This document shows positions 11,298 through 20,836 of a DNA stretch of 32,000 nucleotides, piece after piece. The DNA comes from Candidatus Saccharimonadota bacterium. GTDB lineage: Bacteria; Pseudomonadota; Gammaproteobacteria; Enterobacterales; Enterobacteriaceae. The stretch's first letter is position 1. Each line of letters begins with the position of its first letter. The stretch is from the NCBI RefSeq assembly GCF_023585745.1, contig NZ_CP097762.1, positions 240,001 through 272,000 on the forward strand, written 5' to 3'. Below the pieces are notes generated by a model. It was not told the origin of the DNA. It saw only the letters and a list, made by a program, of their open reading frames with translations, and ran no database searches. A program made the translations under genes and the position numbers.

Positions 11298-11335
11298 TTA
11301 TTATCTCATATTATGAGATAATAATATATTTTTTA
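11298..11335 (+). terminator. Perfect 14-bp palindrome followed by a T6 run (intrinsic-terminator-like; may also serve ruvX on the other strand)
   Basis: ATTATTATCTCATA (11298..11311), T, then TATGAGATAATAAT (11313..11326), followed by ATA and TTTTTT (11330..11335). It lies about 55 nt 3' of the ruvX stop on the minus strand, but the U-tract is on the + strand. Confidence 0.35.
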
Positions 11336-11379
11336 TATAAAACTATAAATACTACCAAATTATGGTATTGTAATAAATA

Positions 11380-11820
11380 CTATAAAGTATTTAACCAACT
11401 TCTTAATATTACTTTCGCTGCGACAGCATTTAATCTGATATCTGTATGCTGCTTTCTAGCATACAAGAAATGATTATTATCATGTTTGAAAAAATATGAA
11501 CGAGCCTCACTGCTGCTAAAACGTTCATCATGCATTTTAACTGTAATACAAAATCTTTTTTCTAATTGTTTAGCAAATTTTTTTGCTAATATAGTAATAT
11601 GTTGCTCACTACCATCTACACCTAAAGGCAAACCTACTATTAATATTACTGGTTTCCAAGTGTTACAAATACTTTGAATATCTGACCAATTAGGTTTACC
11701 AGATTGAGTTGTCTTCAATACAGTCAGTGGATTGGCGGTACAAGTTAAAGTTTGTCCAATAGCAACTCCAATATATTTAGTACCAAAATCAAATCCCATA
11801 ATAATGTCAATAACTGCCAC
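11380..11820 (-). CDS. ruvX: Putative pre-16S rRNA nuclease / Holliday-junction-resolvase-like YqgF
   Basis: 146-aa ORF with FDFGTK.IGVA.GQ and VGLPL..DG.EQ, colinear with E. coli YqgF. The track start is a GTG that overlaps the yqgE TAG stop by 1 nt. The in-frame ATG 21 nt downstream (MGFDFG...) is an alternative. Confidence 0.9.
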   Translation of the reverse strand: MAVIDIIMGFDFGTKYIGVAIGQTLTCTANPLTVLKTTQSGKPNWSDIQSICNTWKPVILIVGLPLGVDGSEQHITILAKKFAKQLEKRFCITVKMHDERFSSSEARSYFFKHDNNHFLYARKQHTDIRLNAVAAKVILRSWLNTL

Positions 11821-12401
11821 TAAGCATGACCTATATGATCCACGACATTACAGATGTCGATACCTAATATTTTTGCTGCCTCTTTCCACCGAGAAACGAC
11901 AGGAGTACGAAATAAAATTTTTTTATTAGCGGGAACAGTCAGCCAAGTATTCTCCATTAATTCATGTTCTAATTGACCTTTAGCCCAACCAGCATAACCA
12001 AGTGCTACTAGCACCTCTTTTGGTTGATTGGGAGTACCCAAAGTCTCCAATATATCCTTAGAGGTTGTAATCATAGCCTCTGCAGAAATATTAATACTAG
12101 ATCCAAAACCTGTCTTGGGCGTATGTAAAATAAATCCTCTATCATCTAATAATGGTCCACCAGAAAATACGGGTGTATCTAACCTAACAGATGGGTCTCT
12201 TATAGCAGGGACAACCTTTAAATTAGTTAGTATAGTCTCTATTGTGCATTTTGCAACAGGTTTGTTAATTACAATACCCATAGCACCAGAGTCATTATGT
12301 TCACAAATATACACTACTGATTGCTTAAATAAAGGATCTGTCAATTTTGGCATAGCTACCAAAAAATAATTTTGTAAATTTGTAATTTCATGTGTTTGCA
12401 T
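11820..12401 (-). CDS. yqgE: UPF0301 protein YqgE
   Basis: 193-aa ORF with [22 protein letters not shown]...[16 protein letters not shown] and LVALGYA.W..GQLE.E blocks as in E. coli YqgE. It sits upstream of yqgF, as in E. coli. Confidence 0.93.
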   Translation of the reverse strand: MQTHEITNLQNYFLVAMPKLTDPLFKQSVVYICEHNDSGAMGIVINKPVAKCTIETILTNLKVVPAIRDPSVRLDTPVFSGGPLLDDRGFILHTPKTGFGSSINISAEAMITTSKDILETLGTPNQPKEVLVALGYAGWAKGQLEHELMENTWLTVPANKKILFRTPVVSRWKEAAKILGIDICNVVDHIGHA

Positions 12402-12793
12402 ACATTCTCATAAATCCTCTACATAAAAAAAATCAAACTGTAATTTTATTATTTTAAATATTTAACATTAATTAATTATTTTATTCGCATATCCTTTATA
12501 AAACTTAACTATAAAATTACACACTATAATATAACCAAAGAACTCTAAAAACATATATAATACTATCAAAATAATGTACACTATATTTTTAGTATATGTC
12601 TGTTCATAAAGAACTTTTGCTTCAATATCCATTGTTACTATAATCATAGCATCATATCAATATATAACACCTATAATACTGAAATCTGCAATAATCCATA
12701 TGCTTATTAAATTAATACTATTTATGTAAATTTAATACATATTATTAATTTTTGGTTCATAACAAACAATCTCCCGCTCAAAATATATATAAA

Positions 12794-13978
12794 TCACTTA
12801 CACTTTAAACCAACAGCATCACGAAGCACTCCTGCTTTATCTATTTTTTCCCAAGAAAAATGCTCGCGTCCAAAATGACCGTAAACAGCAGTATCTTTAT
12901 AAATAGGTCTTAATAAATCTAACATAGATATTAAACTATACGGACTAAAATCAAAAAAATTATCTATTAATTTCATTAAAGTGTCACATGAAACTTTCTC
13001 TGTCCCGAAAGTTTCAATACTAATTGATATAGGACGTGATAGACCAATTGCATAAACAATTTGTAGTTCACAACGATCTGCTAAACCAGCAGCTACAATA
13101 TTCTTAGCAGCATATCTAGCGCCATAAGCAGCTGATCTATCCATTTTAGATGGATCTTTTCCAGAAAAAGCACCGCCTCCATGTCTAGCCGATCCTCCAT
13201 AAGTATCTACAATAATTTTCCGACCCGTTAAACCGCAATCACTCATTGGTCCTCCAATAATGAAACGACCACCAGGATTAATAAAAATTTTTGTATTACT
13301 AGATAACCACTGTTTTGGTAAAACCGGTTTAATAATTTCTTCCATAGCTGCTTCTTGTACATCCTTGACAGATATATCACAATGATGTTGAATAGACATA
13401 ACAACTGCGCTAATACCTAAAACTTTTCCGTTTTCATAAGCAATAGTCACTTGACTTTTAGCATCTAATCCTAACCAAGGTAATATGCCATTTTTTCGTA
13501 TCTGTGTATTTCTTTCTATTAATTTATGTGCGTAAATAATCGGAGCAGGCATTAAAACAGTAGTTTCATTAGTTGCATAACCAAATATACATCCCTGATC
13601 ACCTGCTGCTTGTTTTGAAAAACATATAGAATTTTTTTCACAATTATCATTGTTTATGCTATATTTAATTTCAGCAGATTGTTTGTTCAAAACACTTAAT
13701 ATTACACAAGCATTAGCATTAAATACCATATCTGAATTAACATATCCAATATCCCGAATAGTATTCCGAGCTATTTCTTCTATATTAACGCAAGCAGTTG
13801 TAGTAATTTCACCTCCTATTAAAACTAAACCTGCCTTTACATATGTTTCACAAGCAACGCGCGCCCTAGGATCTTGCGCTAAAATAGCATCTAATATAGC
13901 ATCAGAAATCTGATCTGCTATTTTATCCGAATGTCCCTCTGAAACAGATTCAGATGTAAATAAATATTGTGTCATCAA
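12794..13978 (-). CDS. metK: S-adenosylmethionine synthetase
   Basis: 394-aa ORF, colinear with E. coli MetK ([70 protein letters not shown]). TGA stop. Confidence 0.97.
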   Translation of the reverse strand: MMTQYLFTSESVSEGHSDKIADQISDAILDAILAQDPRARVACETYVKAGLVLIGGEITTTACVNIEEIARNTIRDIGYVNSDMVFNANACVILSVLNKQSAEIKYSINNDNCEKNSICFSKQAAGDQGCIFGYATNETTVLMPAPIIYAHKLIERNTQIRKNGILPWLGLDAKSQVTIAYENGKVLGISAVVMSIQHHCDISVKDVQEAAMEEIIKPVLPKQWLSSNTKIFINPGGRFIIGGPMSDCGLTGRKIIVDTYGGSARHGGGAFSGKDPSKMDRSAAYGARYAAKNIVAAGLADRCELQIVYAIGLSRPISISIETFGTEKVSCDTLMKLIDNFFDFSPYSLISMLDLLRPIYKDTAVYGHFGREHFSWEKIDKAGVLRDAVGLKCK

Positions 13979-15639
13979 TTATATTCCTTGCAATTAATAA
14001 AATTTAAAACTTATAATCTAATACTATAAATAGTAGCAAAAATATTTAAAATACATAAATTTAATTTCAAAAACCTACGCAAATTTATTAAACACAAATA
14101 TTATAAAATTTTAGTCTAATAAATTAATTAATAAAACTTCATGAATAATAAAAAATATTCCTAAAAAAATAGCACTTAATTATATTTTCAAAATACCGTA
14201 TGCATCACTGTCTTCCATCCATAACAATACATGATTATTTCATTAAAATAAAACAAGTAACCAATACTGAAAATAAATATTAAATTTACTTTTTGCAAAA
14301 GACACTATTGGTATAATATGCTGTATATTCTACGAAATGCTTTTGTTACAATTCTATATAAAACTATACCTTATGCATAAGGTTTATGACGCAATAAAAC
14401 TGAATTTTATAGAAATACTGTATCTGTTCCTAAAACAGAAATTTTATTTAAATACATATGTAAATATGAATAATTTATTAATATCCTTATGTAAATAAAA
14501 TATATATAAAAAATATTAGTCAAATATTTTTATAAAAATTCAAATGACCTCAACATGAGTATATGAAAAAATTTCAACACACTTCACTCTTCATAGTTAA
14601 GTATACGATGTATATATAAAATTCATTTAAGTATTACTATTACAAAAAACAATGCTGATAATATCCGTTTTAAAAAATCTACAAATATTGGTAATAAATT
14701 ATGCTAAATATACAATTGAAATTGTTTTTGTATATTCAATATTACCTTAGTAAAATATAAAAATTATTTAGTCTTGATAATTATTATAAGATACAACAAT
14801 ACCGAGATATAACATATAAAAAATTTTTCAAATGTTCCTTATTGTTTCATGCAGAAAAATAAAAAACTTCAACTTATACAAATAAAATAAAGCCCTAATA
14901 AACAAATATAGCTTTTTAAATAAACGTAAACTAACGTATCACACAGTAATTAATTTTAAAACTAAAAATTACATATTTTATCGGATCAATACTTAATAGG
15001 TTCTCTTGCTTATAATAATCTATATTTATTCGAGTAAATAAAAGATCTCTTAAATACACACAACATTATTTTAGACTTCATCAAAATACTTCTAAAAAAG
15101 TTATCTCATTATTAAATATATACAACCACTATTTCTTAATTGACATTGTATATCATTGCATCTAGTCACTATATATCAACAACCAAACGATATACTTAAG
15201 ATATTGAATAATATTAATAAATAAAATTCATTGTGAAGAGTTTTTATTTAAAAATAGCTTTGTATACATATGTCTTTTAGTAAAAATTATGTTGATTAAA
15301 AATCAATATTGAAACATTCAAATAACATTATTTTATGTATTTTTCCTGTTTATAAGCAATATAATTTTATAAAACAAATTAAATTAAACGATACATTTTT
15401 ATAAAACACTCTTGCTACTTGCATACAATCAGTATTACAATACTAAAGAATTTATAAAATGTTGAACGATATATAATATCAGTGCTAAATTAAAAAACTG
15501 AATTTAGTATTCTAAACAATTATCACTACTATATAAAATCAGTAATTTTACTATTTACAATAAAACAAGTGTTTTAAGAAATAGTATTTCTATTACAGAA
15601 TGATCATACATATGACATTATGTATACAAGGTTGCTAAA
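13979..15639. other. 1.66-kb ORF-free AT-rich spacer between divergent metK and pgk; probable gene-decay remnant
   Basis: No ORF of 60 aa or more in any frame. In E. coli many genes, including epd directly upstream of pgk, tktA and speAB, lie between metK and pgk (from memory). No homology was recognisable by eye. Confidence 0.5.
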
Positions 15640-16818
15640 ATGACTATGATTAAAGTAAGCGATTTAAATTTAACAAATAAACGAATTTTAATTCGATCTG
15701 ATTTAAACGTACCTATTAAGAATGGAATAGTTACTTCTAATAGAAAAATTCAGGCTTCTTTGCCTACAATTAAACTAGCTTTAAACCATAGCAAATATGT
15801 CATGGTAACCTCACATTTGGGTAGACCCAAAGAAGAAAATTATGATACACAACTTTCTTTACAACCTATAGTTGAACATTTAAAAAAACAAAAAATTAAT
15901 AAAAATATCAAAGACATACGTTTAATAAAAAAATACTTAGATGGAGTTAGTTTTGGAGAAAATGAACTCTTAATTTTAGAAAATGTACGATTTAATCGAG
16001 GAGAAAAAAATAATGATAACGTACTTGCAAGAAATTATGCCAAATTATGTGACATATTTGTAATGGATGCGTTTGGCAGCGCTCATAGAACGCACGCCTC
16101 TACCCACGGTATCATAAACTTTGTACCCGAAGCTTGCTCTGGATTATTATTACAAAAAGAACTAGAAGCTTTAAATAAAGCTCTATATCATCCAGAAAGG
16201 CCAATGGTTGCGATAGTCGGGGGATCTAAAGTGTCTACTAAGCTAACTGTTTTAGAGTCCTTATCAAAAATCGCAGATTATTTAATAATAGGAGGAGGTA
16301 TTGCAAATACTTTTTTAGCAGCTCAAGGAAAAAATGTAGGAAAATCTTTATATGAAGCAGAGCTCATACCAACAGCCAAAAAAATTTTAGAAAATTGTGA
16401 TATACCAATTCCTATTGATGTCCGTGTAAGTACAGAATTTTCTGAAACAGCACAATCTATAATGAAAACTGTAAATAATATTAAAGATAATGAGCAAATA
16501 TTAGACTTAGGAGATAGATCTATTGAACAAATACTCAATATTTTACACTGCGCAAAAACTATTTTGTGGAATGGACCCATTGGGGTTTTCGAATTCCCAA
16601 ACTTTAGAAAAGGGACTAAACTGGTATCTAACGCCATTGCTGAAAGCAATGCCTTCTCTATTGTTGGTGGTGGTGATACATTAATGGCTGTGGATCTATT
16701 TGGAATCTCTGAAAAAGTTTCTTATATTTCTACTGGAGGAGGTGCTTTTTTAGAATTTATTGAAGGAAAAACTTTTCCAGCCGTTCAAATGCTTGAACAG
16801 CATGCTGAAAAATATTAA
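15640..16818 (+). CDS. pgk: Phosphoglycerate kinase
   Basis: 392-aa ORF, colinear with E. coli Pgk ([72 protein letters not shown]). Confidence 0.97.
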   Translation: MTMIKVSDLNLTNKRILIRSDLNVPIKNGIVTSNRKIQASLPTIKLALNHSKYVMVTSHLGRPKEENYDTQLSLQPIVEHLKKQKINKNIKDIRLIKKYLDGVSFGENELLILENVRFNRGEKNNDNVLARNYAKLCDIFVMDAFGSAHRTHASTHGIINFVPEACSGLLLQKELEALNKALYHPERPMVAIVGGSKVSTKLTVLESLSKIADYLIIGGGIANTFLAAQGKNVGKSLYEAELIPTAKKILENCDIPIPIDVRVSTEFSETAQSIMKTVNNIKDNEQILDLGDRSIEQILNILHCAKTILWNGPIGVFEFPNFRKGTKLVSNAIAESNAFSIVGGGDTLMAVDLFGISEKVSYISTGGGAFLEFIEGKTFPAVQMLEQHAEKY

Positions 16819-16924
16819 AAATATAAATGTAATATTCATTGCAAATCTCAAAAAATATTATTATATTAAATGTACATAAGTTGTATTGTTAATACCGTAA
16901 AAATCGCACTTATAACATAAAACA

Positions 16925-18010
16925 ATGAATAAAATTCTTACAGAAATAAAACCAGGCGTTATTTTTGGACGTGATATACAAAAGATATTTACAGCTGCAA
17001 AGAAAAATAATTTTGCGTTACCCGCAGTAAATTGCGTAGGAATAGATTCAATAAATGCTGCGCTAGAGGCTGCATCTAATGTAAGATCACCAATAATTTT
17101 ACAATTCTCCAAAAAAGGATCAGCTTTTATGGCCGGACTTGGGTTGCGTAAACATAAAGATGATTATTATTCTGCATCAATATTAGGAGCTATTTCTGGA
17201 AGTTTGCATGTACACAACGTAGCAAAACACTATGGAATTCCGGTAATATTACATACTGATCATTGTACTAAAAAGGATCTATTTTGGATTGACGCATTAT
17301 TAGATTTAAGCGAAAAAAATTTTTCTAAAACCGGTTATCCATTATTCTCTTCACATATGATTGATTTATCTGCAGAAACTATAGAAAATAATATAAAAAT
17401 TAGTTCAAAATATTTAAATCGCATGTGTAAATTGGATATGATTTTAGAAATAGAAATAGGACGTACTGGTGGGGAAGAAGATGGAATAGACAATAAGAAT
17501 ATAGACAATAAATTATTATACACTAGCCCTAAAGAAGTAGCCTATGCGTATGAAAAATTACATACTATTAGTTCACAATTTATTATAGCAGCGACTTTTG
17601 GAAATATACATGGTGTATATAGCGCTGGTAATGTTAAATTAAATCCGAAAATTCTTCAAAAATCTCAAGAATATGTATCAAATAAATTTTCATTACCCAA
17701 AAATTTTTTAAATTTAGTTTTTCATGGAGGATCTGGGTCTAAAATAGAAGAAATTAAAGAATCTATAAGTTATGGTGTTGTAAAAGTAAATATTGATACT
17801 GATATCCAATGGGCTAATTGGAAAGGTGTATTAAAATATTACAAAAATAATAAAAGTTATCTACAAAATCAATTAGGAAATCCACATGGACATAATGAAC
17901 CAAACAAAAAGTTTTATGATCCACGTGTTTGGGTTAGAGAAGGTCAAAAATCCATCATTAAATATTTAGAAAAAACATTTTCCATATTAAATTCCACTGA
18001 CGTTTTATAA
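16925..18010 (+). CDS. fbaA: Fructose-bisphosphate aldolase, class II
   Basis: 361-aa ORF, colinear with E. coli FbaA (NNFALPAVNCVG.DSINA, PVILHTDHC, LFSSHMIDLS, FVFHGGSGS, YYDPRVW). It follows pgk, as in E. coli. Confidence 0.97.
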   Translation: MNKILTEIKPGVIFGRDIQKIFTAAKKNNFALPAVNCVGIDSINAALEAASNVRSPIILQFSKKGSAFMAGLGLRKHKDDYYSASILGAISGSLHVHNVAKHYGIPVILHTDHCTKKDLFWIDALLDLSEKNFSKTGYPLFSSHMIDLSAETIENNIKISSKYLNRMCKLDMILEIEIGRTGGEEDGIDNKNIDNKLLYTSPKEVAYAYEKLHTISSQFIIAATFGNIHGVYSAGNVKLNPKILQKSQEYVSNKFSLPKNFLNLVFHGGSGSKIEEIKESISYGVVKVNIDTDIQWANWKGVLKYYKNNKSYLQNQLGNPHGHNEPNKKFYDPRVWVREGQKSIIKYLEKTFSILNSTDVL

Positions 18011-18323
18011 CATCATAAATAATATGATTACTCTTAATTAATACATCAAGACTTAATATTAACCTTAAATATAAATACACCAAACCTATATTTGGTCAAT
18101 ATCACTAGTTTCAATATAAAACTTAAAAATTATCTATTATATAACTAATAGCACCTATTGTGTATAGAATATTATTCATATAATATATATATATGAATAA
18201 TATCATATACAAAATGTAATTTTTATCTGTATAAGCAAATTATTTACTTATCAACAAGATTAAATAATCACTTAACAATCACATCATAATTTACTCGTAT
18301 ACACTGATATATAGGCGCGAGGT

Positions 18324-18983
18324 ATGAAAATAAAAGATAAATTAAAACAATCAGTAGGTTGGGCGGCGCTGCAATATATTAAATCCAACCAAATTATAGG
18401 AGTAGGGACTGGTTCTACTGTAAAATATTTTATTGAAGCACTAAATAGCATAAAAGAAAAAATAGATGGAGTGGTTTCCAGTTCTGATCATTCATCTGAT
18501 CAATTAAAAAAATTAGGCATTCCTATATATAATCTCAATAATCTAAATGAATTAGCCATATATATTGACAGCGCAGATGAAATTGATATGCATATGCAAA
18601 TGATCAAAGGCGGAGGGGGCGCTTTAACTAAAGAAAAAATTATTGCAAAAACAGCTAAAAAATTTATCTGTATTGTAGATAGCAGTAAACAAGTTGACAT
18701 ACTAGGACGTGGTCCTATACCAATAGAAGTCATCCCCATGGCGCGCTCATTAGTAGCAAAAGAATTAATACGTCTTGGTGGATTGCCAGAGTTCCGGAAA
18801 AATGTAATTACCGAAAATGGTAATAATATTTTAGATATTCACAATATGAAAATTATAGATGCGCCATTACTAGAAACAAAAATTAATAATATACCAGGAG
18901 TTGTAAGCGTTGGTATCTTTGCGCAAAGAAAAGCAGATATTGTGCTTATTGGAACAGAAGAAGGTATTAAAATAATTAAATAA
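18324..18983 (+). CDS. rpiA: Ribose-5-phosphate isomerase A
   Basis: 219-aa ORF, the same length as E. coli RpiA. Contains [40 protein letters not shown] and IPGVV.VG.FA. Confidence 0.96.
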   Translation: MKIKDKLKQSVGWAALQYIKSNQIIGVGTGSTVKYFIEALNSIKEKIDGVVSSSDHSSDQLKKLGIPIYNLNNLNELAIYIDSADEIDMHMQMIKGGGGALTKEKIIAKTAKKFICIVDSSKQVDILGRGPIPIEVIPMARSLVAKELIRLGGLPEFRKNVITENGNNILDIHNMKIIDAPLLETKINNIPGVVSVGIFAQRKADIVLIGTEEGIKIIK

Positions 18984-19211
18984 TCTTATTATTATTTCAA
19001 TATTAACAAAAATATTCATTTTATAATAATAAGTCATTATAATTAGTAATTACCTAATTTTTTAACAAATACTTAAATACATAAAACGTTCACGATAAAA
19101 TTACGACAATTCAACTTATTTATACCGACTGTATAATATAAAAATATTTGTTAAAAATAAAAAATATCTATTAAGATAAAGACTGATCATATAATAAGCA
19201 GTCAATTAAAT

Positions 19212-19769
19212 TTATCTAAATACGAAATGATTCGAAGGTGTAATAATTTCTGGTAAAAATATATCCCATTTTTTTACTGATAATAACTCATGAGGTACTT
19301 TTTGAAAATCATACCCTATTCCTATAGGAATATAATGATCTTGATTCTTCTTCCAATGTTTTAAAGTACTATCATAAAAACCACCTCCCATACCTAATCT
19401 ATATCCACGAGAATCAAAAGCTACTAAAGGAACAAACACAACATCTAAATCTTCTATAGGAATAACTGCATCCATACTATATTGAGGCTCATAAATATTA
19501 AAACGATTAAATATCAGTGAAGTAGATAAAGTATACTGTGCAAATAGCAAACATTTAGATTTTAAATTTGTTGATAAAACTGGTAGATATATTTTCTTTC
19601 GCATAGACAATAAAGTTCTTATAAGAAAAGTGGTGCTTATTTCTCCATCAAAAGAAAAAAAAACCGCTATACGCTTAGAATTAAATACCCGCTTTATAGT
19701 AATAATTCTGTTGGTTATTAATTGAGACGCTACAAATTGCTCTTGAAATGTCAAAGAACACCGTATCAT
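19212..19769 (-). CDS. ygfA: 5-formyltetrahydrofolate cyclo-ligase
   Basis: The track ORF extends to 19802. The ATG at 19769..19767 gives MIRCSLTFQEQ..., which parallels the E. coli YgfA start MIRQRRRALTPEQQ. Conserved blocks are AVF.SFDGE, YLPVL, PLVAFD..G.RLGMGGGFYD and WD..L....TP. Confidence 0.88.
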   Translation of the reverse strand: MIRCSLTFQEQFVASQLITNRIITIKRVFNSKRIAVFFSFDGEISTTFLIRTLLSMRKKIYLPVLSTNLKSKCLLFAQYTLSTSLIFNRFNIYEPQYSMDAVIPIEDLDVVFVPLVAFDSRGYRLGMGGGFYDSTLKHWKKNQDHYIPIGIGYDFQKVPHELLSVKKWDIFLPEIITPSNHFVFR

Positions 19770-19944
19770 TCGTATATATGCACGCACTATATTATTAAAC
19801 ATAAAAATTCATTTACCTTACATATAAAAATACCATTTACAATGAAACAATAATTCTCTGACTAAGGACACAATATTTAAATCATCAAAATAACGATGAC
19901 AAAAACACTTCTACAAAATATTTAATATACATAATTAATATGAT

Positions 19945-20289
19945 TTATAGATGATCTGGGCATCCAAGTAAATTATTGGAGCTCTCTGAGATATATGTAT
20001 GTGTAACTAAATACTTTTCAATAATTTTTTGTAACAATAAAATGTGTTTTTCAACATTTGCTGCATATTTACATGTTTTTAATTTTTCTTGAGCCAATTC
20101 ATGACACACATTCAAAGCTACTATAAATACTAATTGCTCAACATTAGTAACCCGAGTTCGATTTTTTAAATCCTGTAAACGTTGCGTTAAATCTACTACC
20201 GCTTTATCTAAAGCTTCTTTTTGTGTGGACGGACAACTAATTCTTAAGGTTCTCCCAAAAATTTGAATATCTATTGGTTTTTCAGGCAT
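19945..20289 (-). CDS. zapA: Cell division protein ZapA
   Basis: 114-aa ORF with P.DIQIFGR.LR..CP, L.QRLQDLK.RTRVTN.EQLVFI.ALN..HELAQEK, closely colinear with E. coli ZapA. Confidence 0.93.
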   Translation of the reverse strand: MPEKPIDIQIFGRTLRISCPSTQKEALDKAVVDLTQRLQDLKNRTRVTNVEQLVFIVALNVCHELAQEKLKTCKYAANVEKHILLLQKIIEKYLVTHTYISESSNNLLGCPDHL

Positions 20290-20836
20290 ATTTCTTCCGA
20301 ATTTTATATTTGCATCTTTAAAATAAAAACACTGCGAACATGATATTTATACCATGTCGCATACAAACACATATTATGTGATGTACTTGCTACATATATA
20401 TTATGTAATCATATACAATATGTATATAATTTTATATAAAAATCAAATATTTTGGACATAAAACATAATATTCTATTATAGAATAGTATATTACAATTAT
20501 CATACAATATACTAGAACAAAATATATCCACATTATCAGATTCATCGTAGATAATGCATCATTCTTAGTAAGAATGATAACTTTTAATATATATAAAACA
20601 ATTATCTCATCTTAAAATAATATTGTAAATAATATAAAATGATAATTCATGACCAAACTGTATACTTTGTACAAAGCATGAGTTATTCATATACATATAG
20701 ATAAACATAAATTTTTTAACAATATTATTTATGTTGTATAAAACTATACATGTAAATTACATATGATACCATGATACATATTAATCTCAGATAAGTATCG
20801 ATATAAAAATTAATTTATTATTTATTATTATATATT

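Noticed and set aside
11486-12369. ORFs 11486..11677, 11732..11929 and 12028..12369 on the + strand
   Set aside because: They are antisense shadows of ruvX and yqgE. The strongly conserved proteins are on the minus strand.
14368-14383. 16-bp perfect palindrome ACCTTATGCATAAGGT in the metK-pgk spacer
   Set aside because: Only 8 paired positions are involved. By my rough estimate a few such palindromes are expected by chance in about 8 kb of A/T-rich spacer, and it has no second copy or positional logic.
13650-18739. ORFs 13650..13913(+), 16323..16649(-), 16861..17112(-), 17335..17523(-) and 18500..18739(-)
   Set aside because: They are antisense to metK, pgk, fbaA (16861..17112 also spans the pgk-fbaA gap) and rpiA. 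They have no independent start or RBS signals and no recognisable motifs.
19849-19870. AATTCTCTGACTAAGG on the + strand, resembling the E. coli 6S RNA 5' end (AUUUCUCUGAGAUG)
   Set aside because: It is on the wrong strand relative to zapA and ygfA. A second TCTCTGAG at 19983..19990 has the same polarity, so it is not complementary, and it lies inside zapA. No closing stem can be formed, so I do not call an ssrS gene.
20524-20532. DnaA-box-like ATATCCACA (8/9 match to TTATCCACA), with a second copy at 30815..30823
   Set aside because: These are isolated single 8/9 matches more than 10 kb apart, with no cluster, no adjacent AT-rich 13-mers arranged as in oriC, and no gidA/mioC/dnaA context. 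This is expected by chance.
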